Assembly (NCBI GenBank): GCA_013265495.1
Contig: MU058824.1
Location: 3,995,111-4,059,110 of the forward strand
DNA from: Vicugna vicugna
Lineage: Eukaryota
Reading direction: 5' to 3'
Length of the DNA: 64,000 bases
Shown: in pieces, positions 26,537 through 41,468 of the stretch
Position numbering within the stretch: the stretch's first letter is position 1
How the letters are laid out: every line of letters begins with the position of its first letter
Position numbers and translations under genes: made by a program
The notes under the pieces: generated by a model
Database searches by the model: none
Told to the model about the DNA's origin: nothing
The model's input: the letters and a program-made list of their open reading frames with translations, nothing else

Positions 26537-26742
26537 CAGGATTTTTCTACCTCAATGCTATGGAGAGTTGACCTGGATACTTCTTTGTGGCCAGGGGCTA
26601 TTCTGTGCACTGTGGGATATTTAGCAGCATCTCTGGCCTCTACTCACAATGTGTTGATGCCATTAGCATATACACACATCCCAGCTGTGACAACCAAAAA
26701 TGTCCCCTGAGGGGCAAAATCACTCCCAGTTGAGAACTACTG
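26537..26742. mobile_element. MER20 (non-autonomous hAT-Charlie)
   Basis: gtgacaaccaaaaatgtcccctgaggggcaaaatcactcccagttgagaactactg terminus. Confidence 0.8.
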
Positions 26743-26750
26743 ACTTAGAC

Positions 26751-26910
26751 CAACGCTTCTCAAGCTTTAATGTACGTATGAATCACTCAGAGTACATTAG
26801 GATGCAGATTCTGTTTTAGCAGGTCTGAGGTGGGATCAGAGATTGTGTATTTTTAACAAGCATGAAGTGATGCTGATGCTGCTGGTCCCAGATCACACTT
26901 TGAATAGTGA
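26751..26910. mobile_element. MER5A (hAT-Charlie)
   Basis: cttctcaagctttaatg...atgcagattctg...gatgctgatgctgctggtcccagatcacactttgaatag. Confidence 0.8.
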
Positions 26911-26918
26911 GAATCTAG

Positions 26919-27092
26919 AGTAGTACTTCTCTACTCCTGGCTACACACTGCAATTGTCGGGGAAGTTATGAAAAAATTCTTACGCTTAGGCCATACCCCA
27001 GACCAATGAATTCATCACCTCTGGGGTGGGATTTAGGCATTAGGATTAAAGTTCCTAGGAGATTCCAATGTTCAGCTAAGTTGAAAAGATGT
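26919..27092. mobile_element. MER5B-like (hAT-Charlie)
   Basis: ctggctacacactgcaatt...ccccagaccaatgaatt...ctctggggtggg...gattccaatgttcagctaagttgaaaa. Confidence 0.7.
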
Positions 27093-28662
27093 ACTCTATT
27101 CATTTAGAGGACTGGAAGTTAAGTATAAACAGCCATTTAAGAATGAGAGAAGAGTACAAAAGAAGAAAAATTGTAACTTTCCTCACGCATTCTTGATGTT
27201 GGTCATGTCTAGCTTGCAGAATAACTGAGATCTTCAAAAAATAATAACAAGCTTCATTATTTTGTTTTCTGTATCAGAAGTAAAGAAAATTCCTATTCCT
27301 ATTTCCATTTCACTTTTAAATTTGAAAACTACACGCAGATGACATAAAGGATAACTATTTTAGACTTGTTTTTCAATGATTCTTGAAATTCTGAGCATGT
27401 TACTTTTAAGATTCAAATTTCAAAAGTTTGTGATTCTCATGCCAAATTTTTTCTGGATAAAATGACATGATATATGAGAGCACTTTGAAATACCCTTGCC
27501 TAAAAGGGCAGATGGAGCATGATGTTGGGATATAGATAAAATTGCCAAAATCTTAATATAATTATCGAAACTGGATAATGAGTAACGGAAAAATCACTGT
27601 TACTCTACTAATCTCTCAACTTTCATAGATGTTTGAAAATTTCCATAATAAAATTTTTTAAGAAATTTTTTGAATCTGAAATATAGTTTTCTATTAGAGA
27701 TTACCCCAAAGAAAAAGTCATGCAATTTTTTCTAACTTGTTTAAGTGGAAACTTCAAATTTTCACTGTAAAAGACTTAAGGACCTGATACATCATGCAGC
27801 AATTCCCAATTCTTGCCATTCCTTCCCATTTCATGAAAAAGTAAATTATCACTCTGTTTTCCAGACATATTATTCCATTTGTCTGGAATTGTCATTCAAA
27901 AGACTAATGTCATTCTAAAGAATTCCTTTATATCTCCTTCTCACTGAAAAAAGTTGTGGCTTAGCAAAGCTTTGGTTAGTTAAAACAAAAAACAACAACA
28001 AGAAAAAAAAACTGCTTACAGCCTTTACCTTTTAAGTTAGAAAAGAGACAAAAACAAATACAATTCATAGGTGAAGAGAGACCTAGTACTGAGCCAGGAG
28101 CAAAGCTGGGTGCGATCCCTGCCCATCACGTTAGATTGTACTCAGAGACAGCTGTGAGTGTCTCTATCTCTAGAAAAAACCACATGTGTGATCTAGAGAT
28201 TAAGCAGCTGAAAGAGCTAAAATGATCCAACACCAGAAATCATGATAATAATTTCATGGTATTTGGTTCATAAGCTTGGGGGTGATGTGATGCTAAAAGG
28301 ATGGCTTTTAGGTAAGAAGAAAACTGCTTTGTGTTTGTTTACCTCATTTCTACAGCAGAATCATAGTTCCATGTTAGAAAATTTAAAGTAGTTAAAACTG
28401 GAGCTCTGTCAATTTTCTGGACTCGTTTGTTCTGTTTCTTAATATTTTTCCACTATAATTCTCTTTGATCAATCTCATTTTTAAAGAGGCTATCCAGCAG
28501 ACATCAGAAATGAGTTGAGTGGAAATCATACATAAATATAAAATAAGTACAATATTTTACACCCATGATAAAAATCATAGGTCTGACAAATGCTATACTA
28601 TTTTTAATATACTAGTAAAATGAAGAACAATGAGGAAACAAAAGATTCTACTCTCAAATTCA

Positions 28663-28764
<102 letters not shown>

Positions 28765-29689
28765 CTACAAAAAAATTTTTATCAACTTTATTAACAAAAA
28801 AACTACAAAATAGCTATGGCTTTGAAATTTTTAAATTATCATAATTACCTTGTAAAATCAAACACCAACATGTAAGAACAACATGCGTTTGTCAAACTCT
28901 TGGGTAAGAATAAAGATTCTCCACAATTTTAAAAGATATAAGCAGGTGACAATAAGCAGTTCAAGAAGACAATGAGCTCCCTTCCCAGCCCTTCCCAGCC
29001 CCTTCCTCATCTGATCCATTGTTACAATTCTGTTGTGCAGCCAAGAGACTGTATTCTCCTTCCCTATTGCAAGACCTGGACTGGCATCTGCATCAAAGAG
29101 CAATCACCTAGGCACCTAAAATCAGTGGCTGAACAACAGACTGGGTAAAAGAGTGGCTCAGACTTGTAACATATTGTCCCCCAGGTTATATTTGGCTTTA
29201 GCCCAATCCAGGGAGCCCTCATGATGGTGCCATAGATGCTGGCACAGTCATCACTATACCAACACTATTAGCAAAGCACAATTTTAAAAAGAAGTGAGAC
29301 AGCCTTTACACAAACTTTATTTTGCTTAAGGACACAAATTATTCAAGTATCCTGATCCCTCCGTGATGAGACATCATCATAGATGGGGCCAGAGATGGGT
29401 TCTCAGAACAAACAAGGTTCCCCAAGAATGAAAAGGCAGGAAGGATCTGGCCTGGACCTGGAACAGGAGTTCAGAAAATCACATGGGAAGAGAATCATAA
29501 GAAATGTAATTTTAAAGTCATCTTCCCAATGTAAAAATGCACTTTACAACAGCCCCAATAAGTGATGTTTCACTTTCTGCTTAGTCTTCCTCTTCAGAAT
29601 AGCTGGGATGGTTAGCTTCTTCCTCCTGTCCCCTAAGGTCTGTCTTCCTGTGATCCCTACCCACTGTGAATCAGTACAATCTGACAGCT

Positions 29690-29900
29690 AACAGGCTTTG
29701 GAATTAGACCTTGTTTTTCATCATTACATCACAAAATAACCATGTTATTTTGACCTTGAGCATGTTACTATACCTCTCTGAGCCTCAGTTTCATCATCTG
29801 TAAAACAGAGATGGCACCGGCCTTCCAATGTATGTAACATATGTCGTGTGCCTAGTACATCATCTAAATAGAGTAATCCCTCAAAAAATGTTAACTATTT
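29690..29900 (+). mobile_element. MIR SINE
   Basis: tgaccttgagcatgttactatacctctctgagcctcagtttcatcatctgtaaaa core. Confidence 0.75.
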
Positions 29901-31444
29901 TTACCAACAGTCACAATTCTATTTCCTTTTTGGTATAAGAGCCTTTCAGAAATTTGAATAATTCCTATTATCAACAATTTTTGTTCTCCAAGTTTTCTCT
30001 TTTCCAGTTTCCTCTACCATTCTGGCCCTTTCTTTAGATGACATAATTCAAGTTGTCACTGACCCTCAAGGTGAGGTGTTCAAAACCAAATGCAAAATGC
30101 CAAGAGAGGCTTGCCCAGCACAAACTACAGCAATATCATGAACTTCCCTTATTCTGGACACCACACTTGTAACAATGGACTCAAGAGGAAGTCAGGTAGC
30201 CATCATGAAAATAGAGGAACGGTACAGACAATGACCTGCATGATTGGCTGGTACAAGCTCAACCTCACAGTCTACGGAGAATGTGGAGATACAAAGGTTC
30301 ATACGAATGGTTCTATGAATGTACAAAATGCTACCAGTAGGTTTTCATTGTGTTGCTTTGACCTTGGCAGCTCCCAGAACTATAGATTCCCACTTTAGGA
30401 AGGGCTCAATCTCAAAAGTCCAGACTTTTCACCACCCAGTTGGGCATCTTCTTGTTGATATCACTGCTCAAGCAAGAAGGAAATGATTTCCAGGGTTCCC
30501 ACATGACCTTGAGTTATTCTCTTAAAAATAAAAACGTTCTTTTCCTCATGGCCTCTTGTTCTGTACCTTTACCACAAGGTGTGTGGGGGAAAGGAAGGAA
30601 GGGTAGGAAGGAGACACTATCTTCTTTGCTGGGCTCCTGAACTGGAAAGAATGGAAAGAGTGGGACAAGACACCAAAGTCTGAAAAATATGGTTTATCTC
30701 AGGTTGAGTTTTCCAAAGAGGCTCAATCCTTTAAGTACCTCTGAATTCTCAGCCATACATGCTCTAGTCAAATTAAGTACAAAAATGCATGCCAAAAGCT
30801 AGCCAATTATTTTGGATTATCCGTGCCTACTACATTTCCTGTTCAGTAGGGCAGAAAATAGAACTGAATGTAGCTTTCATTTGATACAAAACTTGGATAC
30901 TAGAGCTCTGTGTGTGAAAATGATAGAAGATCATGCACAGAGTTACAGAATAGCATCTATACCTTAAATATCCAAGTAAATCTGAATTATTCTTCACAGT
31001 TCACTCTTGATGAAACACAATACTGAGGCGAAAAAGCAAGTTCTTCGAAAAGCAGTAAGCCCTTACAGCTGTCCTGTATATAACTCATTTGATCCCTGCA
31101 ACAGCTCCGTAAGGCAGGCATGACAGATGAATGAAGTAACATTTAAAGGCACTCTATAAGTGGCAAAACATAATCCAAACATACAGAAGAGACTGACATT
31201 AGAATACCCATATTAGAGGTACGAAAATGAAGACTCAGAAAAATGTACGCGATCTGCCCAAGACGGACATCGTTAATCCCAAGCCCAGGGTTTTCCTCCC
31301 ACACCACAACGCCTCCTCTCCACAACTCTGCTCCAGTAGCTATTCCAGCAGAGGCCAGATAAGCAATTCCCATCACAAAGGCTACAGCCACACCAAATAC
31401 AGGCCCTGAGTCTGAATTAGCTGACTTGTCAGATTCATTATTTT

Positions 31445-31625
31445 CTGGAGCCTTTCTGCCTGGGTTAAATTCCTGGTTCTAAACTTACTAGTTGTTTGAC
31501 CTTGGGCAAGTAATTTCATGACTCTGTGTCCAGTTGCTTTGTCTGCAAATGAGGACAATAATAGTATCTATTTCAGGGGGGTGGTATGAGGATTAAATGA
31601 GTTAAAAGAGTTAAAAACATAAAGT
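31445..31625 (+). mobile_element. MIR SINE
   Basis: gcctgggttaaattcctggttcta...tgaccttgggcaagt...tgaggattaaatgagttaa. Confidence 0.8.
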
Positions 31626-32399
31626 CCCTAAAGGTACTATCCTAAGGGCTCTGTCTATATTATACTATAGTACTATAATAGCACACTTCCCTATTATAGT
31701 CAGCATTCGATAATTATTAGCAATTAATATACTAAAATGTAAAGAAAACCGTATTTTTTGGAACACTCAAAACTAAGTATCTTACTTTATACTATGCCCC
31801 AATTTAAAATAATCTTTGTGTTGTTGAAATCAGAGACTTTCTTCATCTTGCCATTTGTTCTGCAAACAGGAGCATATCGTATCCTATTAAGGATCATGGC
31901 TGAGAAGACATGCAAGGCCCTCCCACACATGGAGAAATGATGACCCCCAATGGTTAAACAGGCATCTGCAGCACCCGCGTTCTCCACCTCACAAGGGGCA
32001 CGTCACAGCTGCAGGGGCACTCTTGCTGCACTGCTCGGACCCCCACCTACTCTGCCGTCCCTAGGCTGTCAGTGTTAAAAGTTGTTAGAATTAAGTTGTA
32101 GCTCTAATTGTATTTGCTCAACTTCAGAGACTAAAGACGTCACGGAGGGTCAAAGGATATATGGAGAAAAGAAATTTTAGGGGTTGACAGTCACAGGAGA
32201 ATCAGGAGGAATTTCAGATCAAGCTACATGGTCATAACAGTGGGCAGACTAGGGAGAAGGGGTTAAAAACATGATAGTTTATTTTCCCAAGTATTCATAT
32301 TTATTGGTGTGATTCTTCCAGAAAGCAAGTATCTCACAGCTGTACCAACTCTACACTGTGGCATGTCTCCAAGCTATTCTGTTGATCCATGCATATACC

Positions 32400-32690
32400 C
32401 TACTCTGTTGTAGAAGTTTTAGTAGATTGTAAGAAAACATCCCCAACTATCTGAAAAGGCTATTAAAATACTTCTCCATTAAAGCATTAAAATGCTTTTC
32501 TGAGTACATATCTGTGTATGGCTACATTTTCTTCACATGCTATAATCAAAACGACATATCAAAATAGACTGAATGCAGAAGCAGATGAGTACCCAAGTAT
32601 CTTCTATTAAGCTAGACTTCAAAGAAATTTGCAAAGATGTAAAGCAATGCCACTCTTCTCATTATATTTCTTAAATAGTTATTTTTAATT
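32400..32690 (+). mobile_element. Charlie1-like hAT transposase 3' fragment
   Basis: tatctgaaaaggctattaaaatactt...tatctgtgt...agactgaatgcagaagcagat (decayed hAT dimerisation region); homologous to 34390-34595. Confidence 0.75.
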
Positions 32691-32744
32691 TCTTGATGTC
32701 CTTATTTATGAAAAGGGGATAAGAACTGTATGAAGTTTGATGGG

Positions 32745-33150
32745 TAAACCTTCCATACTGGCTCTGGGCTTTGCCACATGGCTTGCTTTGGCCAGACGTT
32801 AGTAAGCACAATGCAAGCAGAGGCTTGAAAACTGCTTGAGTGTTAGGGCTTGCCCATCTTCTTGCTTTTTTTGGAGTCCAGCAGCGGTATGAAGAAGCCT
32901 AGACTAGCCTGCTGGACACAATGTGGCCAACAAACAGGCAGCACAAACTAGTCTTTGAGTGAGGCTTAGTCCATCTGGCCACAGTCGAGTCACCAATTGA
33001 CTGCAGCCACATGAGTGACCCCAGGTAAGACTCACACAAGAACTGCCCCACTGAGCCAGCCCAAATTGCTGATCCACAGAATTGTAAATATTACTGCTTT
33101 AACTAGCTAAATTCTACCGTGGTTTTTTAAGCACAACAGTTCACTAATAT
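32745..33150 (+). mobile_element. MaLR LTR (MLT1-like)
   Basis: gcttgctttggcca...gcagaggcttgaaa...gactgcagccacatgagtgacccca...agcccaaattgctga. Confidence 0.7.
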
Positions 33151-33166
33151 AGAAAGTATACATGCC

Positions 33167-33347
33167 CCTTACATAAAATAGATAAGCAACAAGAATTTAC
33201 TGTGTAACACAGGGAACTATATTCAATATCTTATAATAACCTATAATAGAAAATAATTTGAAAAAAATGTAAATATACAACTGAATCACTTTGCTGTACA
33301 CCTAAAACTAACACAATATTGTAAATCAGCTATACTTCAATTTAAAA
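33167..33347 (+). mobile_element. 5'-truncated L1 3' end (cetartiodactyl-type) with TSD
   Basis: acacagggaactatattcaatatctt...aactgaatcactttgctgtacacc...tatacttcaattt plus A tail; flanks aaagtatacatgcc and aaattatacatacc. Confidence 0.85.
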
Positions 33348-33510
33348 AAATTATACATACCAGCTAGTAATACTCACATTTTTTACCAAGTTCAAACTGC
33401 CACTTGTTAAAAATCTTTTTAAAACATTAATGTAGGAATATTTATTAGTATAATCGCTTAAATTTGTATAGCACTTGTGTTATTTAAAGTTCTTTCATAT
33501 ATATATTAGA

Positions 33511-34753
<1,243 letters not shown>

Positions 34754-35122
34754 TTAACTTTGTAACTACTCTGGGAAGTATAGAGAACAGGTTTAACCTA
34801 CTTTTTACAGATGAATAAATAGGTTGGAAAAGTTAAGTAACTTGCCCAAGATTCCCAGAGCACGATTCACAATCCTGACTACACATGAGAAACGCCCGGA
34901 AGCTTTTTAAAATATCCATTAATTATTCTGGGATGGAGTGCAGGCACTTTTTTTAAGGTCCTCATGATTCTCATGTGAGGCCTGGTTAGGAACCACTGTC
35001 CTAGAGATTAACAGGCAAATATATAATTCAGTTACAGTCTCCCAAACACCAATCTGACAAATAAGTTTACAAAAGATATTTTCTTTTATATTTAGACTAC
35101 ATCATTGTAGGTCCTGAATTCA

Positions 35123-35281
<159 letters not shown>

Positions 35282-36156
35282 CTAGTGGCCATTGAGAAGT
35301 AGCTAGAGATTAACATTTCAAATAGAAAACACAGAACACCCTTCCTCCTGAGAACTCAAAATTCATCAGAACAGATGTAAACTTTATCATCACAAAAATG
35401 CTGTCAAAGGCCTTAAAATGGCCTTGGAATAAGTTCTTTTAAAAAGGGAATAGAAGCAAGAAAACTATAGCAACCAACACGGGCTTAGAAGATAAATGTT
35501 TAACAAACATGAACTTCATTGGTATGGACATTATTCATGAAGTTCAGTCAATCTATTGTATGATGTAATAGTCTTTTGCTAGAAAACCTATTCACAGGAA
35601 ATATTCACCAATTTAATATTCAAGCAGCCACAATGCAGGGTATTCACACTGAATATGCAATCTCTACCTCCGGTGAGCTTACAATCACACAGAACAAGTT
35701 GAAAAGCACACCTTTCTTTTCCATTTGTAATTTTCAAATGTGAGGAGAGTAAAATTAATCAACAAAGATTAAGTTTTTTGGAGATTAGAAGAAAGGATGA
35801 GGTGTTTTCAATCTCATTTATGGAGATTTGGTGGTCTGGCCCCACTTAATCAAGGTGGGTGAGCTTGGGGTAAATTTTGAATAAAAAGTAGAGATGGTTT
35901 AATAGATGGAAAAACTGGAAGATATTTTGAATACATAACAATGAAAAAATATTGCACTAATAAGGTACTCATATTTTTAAAGTGTTTCCTATTAACTTCA
36001 TTTTATCCACATAACACTGTATAGCAGTGAGGCCAAGCTCAGAATCCCCATTTTCTAGGTCAGAACCAGGTCAGGTGGCATGCCTATTGATTGGTAGGGT
36101 AGTTACCTCAACTTCAGCACTCCTGTCCTTCATCCTCAGAGGTCATTAACTAAATT

Positions 36157-36343
36157 AGTGGTTTTCAACATGTGGTCACCAGACCAGTGGTATCAGTGTC
36201 ATCTGGGAGCTTGTTAGAAATGCAGATTCTTCGTCCTGCCCCAGATCTACTGAATCAGACACTCTGGGGGTAGTACCCAGCAATCTGTGTTTTAATAAGA
36301 CCATTTGGCAATTCTGCTACATGCTAAAGTTTGAGAATCACTG
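36157..36343. mobile_element. MER5A
   Basis: agtggttttcaacatgtggtc...ttgttagaaatgcagattct...ctaaagtttgagaatcactg. Confidence 0.85.
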
Positions 36344-36694
36344 CACTAGATCACAGGGCCCACTCAATTGTATTATCAGCTCATTCAAGCATTTATTCCA
36401 CATCTACTATATATCTAATGTACAAAGAATGGGAGCAAGAAAACAGAAAACAGAAAACAGTAGAGTACGAGCTGGTTAGAGAAAAGACACAATGCGCAAG
36501 AAAAAGGAAAACCAAATCAGCAAAGACATACGGTGGCAGTCTTTAAAAAAAAAAAGTACCTGCAAAGAAAGCACTTAATAAAGAATAAATTGCCTAATAG
36601 ATATAATGAATGGAATTTTTTAAGCTAATAAATAAATGTAATAGCACCATAGATATCTTAAAATCAAACAATTGCAATAGACTTCTATTATTTA

Positions 36695-36784
<90 letters not shown>

Positions 36785-37849
36785 CTACAAAAAATGAAGT
36801 ATTAAAGAGATTTAGGTTTAATCGGTCTTGACACAAATTTCTAAGGTTAACAACATGCTGGAGGTTTACTTCCAAGCTTAAAGACTTCACCCAACTTTAA
36901 GATTTGGTAAACGTTATTAATAACAAAAGAAATTCATTTCTTGCCTTAAACAAGAAGGTCCAGTAAGTTAAATACTATTGTCACCTCTAAATTACCCACA
37001 TATCAAAGAAAGTCTAGAGCACAGAGAATGTAAGAGTATGTTACAGGGCTTTGGAATCTGTAGCATGATTAAATAGACAGCAAGTATACACTGTAGTCAA
37101 TGTTTGTATTGCTGAAGCAAATTTTAGTTTACAATCCCAGAGGAATTATCAGTTGACAAGATGAGGTCGCATAAAAGCGTATTTGGTGGCAGGACACAGG
37201 CTGTGGTTAAAAACAGGTCACTTATCATCCATAAGGCAGAATTCACAACCATTGAGGGGAACTGATGAAAGCCACCTTCTAAAGCAAGTACTTCTTTTTG
37301 GAATGGAAGAGACTTAAGAGACAAATGTTTATAACCAGGTATGCCCAGAAATTACACCAAGCCATCAACCAAAAACAAGACCAAGGACTTGCTAAACACT
37401 AATATGTGACAAGAGTAACTCTTTACACAACCTGTCACACACCCTTTTTTCCCAATTTGGAGGAAATGATAGAATCATTTTTCTTAGCAGAGAACAAATC
37501 ATTTAAGAATGTTAGGGTAATAATTATATATAAAAAAGTTAAGACTGAACTACAACTCACAGTCTACACCAAAATTAATCCCATCCAGATTAAAGAGTTA
37601 AAATACAAAACCATGAGAGTACTTAAAGGAAGCATCAGTGATTATTTCTAGACATGACAGCAAAACCAAAAACTACAGAGATTAACAGATGACAAAATTA
37701 AAAGCTGACACTTCTGTACAGCAAAACACCACTAACAAAGTTAACTAACAACCCACTGAGGGAAAAAAAAACCTTTCCACCTAAATGACAAAAGATTAAT
37801 ACACTTCATCACATAAAAAGCTCTCACAAATCTCCACCAATCCTGTTCT

Positions 37850-38720
37850 TCCCAATTTTCCCCCTTCTTCGCAAATGGCAACTGCATTATCGGCCCCTGA
37901 GGTCAGAAAACTTGGAGTCATCTTCAGCTCCTCTTTCTCTCACATTTCACTTCCAATCCATCAGCAAAATCTATTGGCCCTGTGTTATACACCAAGAATC
38001 AATCACCTGTCACTACTTCCACCACACCTCTAGGGTCTCTCATCTGATACACTGCAAGAGGCTCCTACCTGGTCTTCCCCATTCCGCCACTGTCCCCCCG
38101 CAGTCTAGTCTCCACTTACCAACACCAATGTTCTTTCAAAACGTTGGGTCAGGTCATATCACTTCACTAGTCAAGACTCTCTAATGGCTCCTCAGCTAAC
38201 TCAGAATGAAATCTAAATTCCTTACCCTGGCTCCAGAGCCCTGCCTGGTGCGTAACCCCAGGCACCCCATTCCTTGCTACTTCTCAACTCACCTCCTAAT
38301 TCTCTCCCTCACTCACCAAACTATGGTCATGTCCCATGTCAAGCACAATCCTGCCTTAGGACCTTTGCACTCTTTGTTCCCGCCACCTATAATATTTTCC
38401 CCAATGTCAGCAGAGCTTGTGCCTTCATCTTCTTCAGGTCTCCACTTAAATACCAGTAGTGTCAGCGAGGCCTCCCCTGACCACCTTTATAAACAGCATC
38501 CCCACCCACCATCATTCTCTACCTCCCTTTCATGGAACTTTCTTTACGGTCCTTATTCCCATTTGTCATACTACGTATTTACTTATTTTCTGCCTCACTA
38601 TATTAGAATATAAGCTTTTTAGTCACAGGGGTTTTGTCTGTGCTGTTCACTTGAACAGTGTCTAGCCCTAACATATAAAAGGTGCTGAATTAATGTCTGT
38701 TTAATAAGTAAAGAAATGGG
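37850..38720 (+). mobile_element. L2 LINE 3' fragment
   Basis: ccaatccatcagcaaaatct; tcaggtcatatcactt; ttgtctgtgctgttcact...tgtctagccc. Confidence 0.7.
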
Positions 38721-39231
38721 ATAAAAGCATACATTCCAAAAGAAAACAGGCAAAGAATGTTTATAGGTAATTCCTAAAATAAAAACTTTCAAATGCTCAA
38801 TAAACATGAAAATATGTTCAACTAATCTAGCAATAAAAATAATAATTTAAACAAAAATATGATACAATCTATTATCTACCAAAACGATAAACTTCAAAAA
38901 AAAATTATCCAGTGTTAGACTTCAGGGACAAGAGCACTTATATATACAATTAGAGAGCATAAACTTTTCCCAAGCGTAATTTGGAAATATGTATAAAAAG
39001 CATTCAAGATCACATATCCTTAATCCAGCAATTTCACTTATAGCAATTTATTCTAAGTAAATAATGTGGCATAAAAAATTCATGAACAGTAACATTCAAT
39101 TGTTTATGATAACTCTGGGAACTAAGAAACACAGTCTGATGGAACTCAGAGGGTCTCCAAAACTAGTCAAAGACAAAATTACCCGAGTAAGGACCCTGGA
39201 TTAGAAACACAGGTCCAGAGAGATAACGGCA

Positions 39232-39276
39232 AGCACGCATGTGCACGCACACACACACACACACACAAACACACAC
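39232..39276 (+). repeat. Imperfect (CA)n microsatellite
   Basis: Directly visible. Confidence 0.85.
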
Positions 39277-40189
39277 GCCCAACAATAACCGAACTAGGCT
39301 AGAACGGTGGAGGCAAGGAGGTGGGGAAGCCATCAACTAGCACCAGCCTTGGGGTTCTCTGCTCTTGCGAACTGTCTAGGACATAATTCTCACAGAAATC
39401 AGTCTAGCTTAAAGGTGAAGGGAGAAATAGAAAGGTGTTAAGTCACTCATAAGACTACATGACATGCTAGATTTTTATTATGTTAAAGAAACAAAGTTCT
39501 AAAGAAGTGTTGTCAAACAATTAATTTAAAAAGAAAATGTGCTGAGGTCAAAATAACACAACCTCTGACTAAGCCTCTCTGATAAGAGAACAGAGGCTGA
39601 CCTACAAGGTGTTTCCTAGGAAGGGCAAAAGCTTCCATTTTACAAATGACATTTAACGTTATTAAACTTTTCATTCTCCTTTATCTAAAGCACCCACTAC
39701 TATCCAGAGAGCCTACTTACTTACACCTGGCCAGGGTACTTTAACACTTGCCAATGTCAGATGCTGACAGTTTGTTTCTGAATTATAATTATGATGCCTC
39801 AAATTCATATCTCCTTACTCTCTCTCATCCACCAAGCACTGAAGGTTGGGTGCTGCCTGGGCCCCAGTCCTATTCCTGGGAAGGGGAGATTTTTAGATGC
39901 TTCCGCCACTCGCTGGGACTCGGCAGCAAGTCACAGTTGCCGTGTGACTGACCCTGACCTACTTGGCCCCATTCTTCTGCCTGAGCTTTTCCTTATTCCT
40001 GAGACCAAGGCCTCTCACGGTTCAAATCCTGGGTACCTGTCATGTTCTCTTTCTTGGCAAACTGACCATTTGCCTGGTACCTCAAATACTGTAGCCTACT
40101 CTTGCCAGGGCCCCAAAGAAAGTAGAGACCAGCCTGGGATAAGGACTCTCCTACTTGCTTACACTGATCAAACGGTCATGACCTACTCG

Positions 40190-40394
40190 CATCCAAGGAA
40201 CGCCAGGGATTGCAGGCAAACACTAGAAGCTAGAAAGAGGCAAAGAACTCTCCCCTAGAGCCTTCAGAGAGAGCAGGGCCCTGCCTACACCTTGATTTTC
40301 GCCTTCTAGCCTCCAGAACTGTGAGACAATAAATATCTGTCATTTAAAGCCACTAGTTTGTAGTACTTTGTGACAACCCTAGGAAACTAATATA
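40190..40394 (+). mobile_element. MaLR LTR 3' part (MLT1C/D-like)
   Basis: ctagagccttcagagagagcagggccctgcc...cctccagaactgtgagacaataaat...ctaggaaactaata. Confidence 0.85.
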
Positions 40395-40969
40395 CCATCC
40401 ATAAGGATTTAACTTCCTTGAATTACCTCTCTCCTATCAGCACCTGCCCACCCCAAGGATAAATCTGGTTCCAGGTTCTAGCCCTTACTAGTCTGCCCCA
40501 ACACACAGATAACAGGTCCATAACCAGATCTATGATAATAAAATAAATTTACACCTTTAAATCCAAAGGCTACCATCCCAAACAAAAGTACTTACTAAAA
40601 GTAGCAGAATTCAATTAGAAACCAGATGTAAAAATGAATTTTCAGACCAAAGTCCCGAATAACAAGAGCTCCAATGGGCTGATTCCAAGTTCCTCTTTGC
40701 CTCTTTTTATCACCCCTTTTATCATCCCATCTTGAAATCATGAAGTATCTTTTAATAGATTCCCTGTGCTGTGCTGTAAGTTGGCAGCACAGAAGCAACC
40801 CTATCCAGAGAGAGGCAGAGAGAAGAAGTGAATGAAAAGTGTGGTGCTTGGTGCACTGGAAACAGGCAGAGATTGGAATCTACATTATGTGTGATCCCAG
40901 TCTGCCTCTTATTAGCTCCTTGAACCAGTACAAGTTATTTCATCTTTCTGACCCTGTTTCCTAAGAGTA

Positions 40970-41113
40970 GGTTCTGGAGACAAATTGCCTAGATTCAAAT
41001 CCAGGGTCTACCACTTACTAGCTATGTGGATGAGCCATTTAACCTTGCTTTGCCTCAGTTTCCTCCTCTGTAAAAAGAAGTATAATAATAGTACCTACTC
41101 TATAAATTGTTGC
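40970..41113 (+). mobile_element. MIR SINE 5'/core part, truncated at the inverted-repeat arm
   Basis: ttcaaatccagggtctaccacttactagctatgtg...tgcctcagtttcctcctctgtaaaa...aataatagtacctac. Confidence 0.8.
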
Positions 41114-41273
41114 TAATGCCACTTTCAGGGCTATAACAAAAATAGAAGAGAATGCATGTGACAGCACTCAGCACAATGCCTTGCACATAAGAGACAGTAA
41201 ATATTTGTTCAATCTGAGAGAAATTGGAGGGGGAGATAGGGCAACTCAAAAAAGTAGTGGACCAGAGATGGCA
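41114..41273 (+). repeat. Left arm of a ~160-bp inverted repeat (partner 42641-42799)
   Basis: Hand alignment to the reverse complement of 42641-42799: about 15 mismatches and 1 gap in 160 nt. Confidence 0.95.
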
Positions 41274-41377
41274 AGTTGGCCAAAAGCCATGCATGCCAGG
41301 GTGCTAAATACTCAGGATTGGAAGAAAGGCTGAAGTCATTCTGAGGAATGCCACATGCCCTCTCAAAAGGACTTTGC

Positions 41378-41468
41378 CTTATTCGTGTATGAATGAAAAA
41401 TTGTGCTGTACACCAGAAATTGACACAGCATTGTAAACTGACTATACTTCAATAAAATATTTTTTAAA
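41378..41468 (+). mobile_element. Short younger L1 3' end with TSD
   Basis: ttgtgctgtacaccagaaattgacacagcattgtaaactgactatacttcaataaa; aaaaggactttg on both flanks. Confidence 0.85.

Noticed and set aside
31672..31700. 10-bp stem hairpin actataatag / ctattatagt
   Set aside because: Short and AT-rich; too small for a pre-miRNA and expected by chance.
37912..38665. Overlapping Pro/Ser/His-rich ORFs
   Set aside because: Lie in a C-rich L2 remnant.
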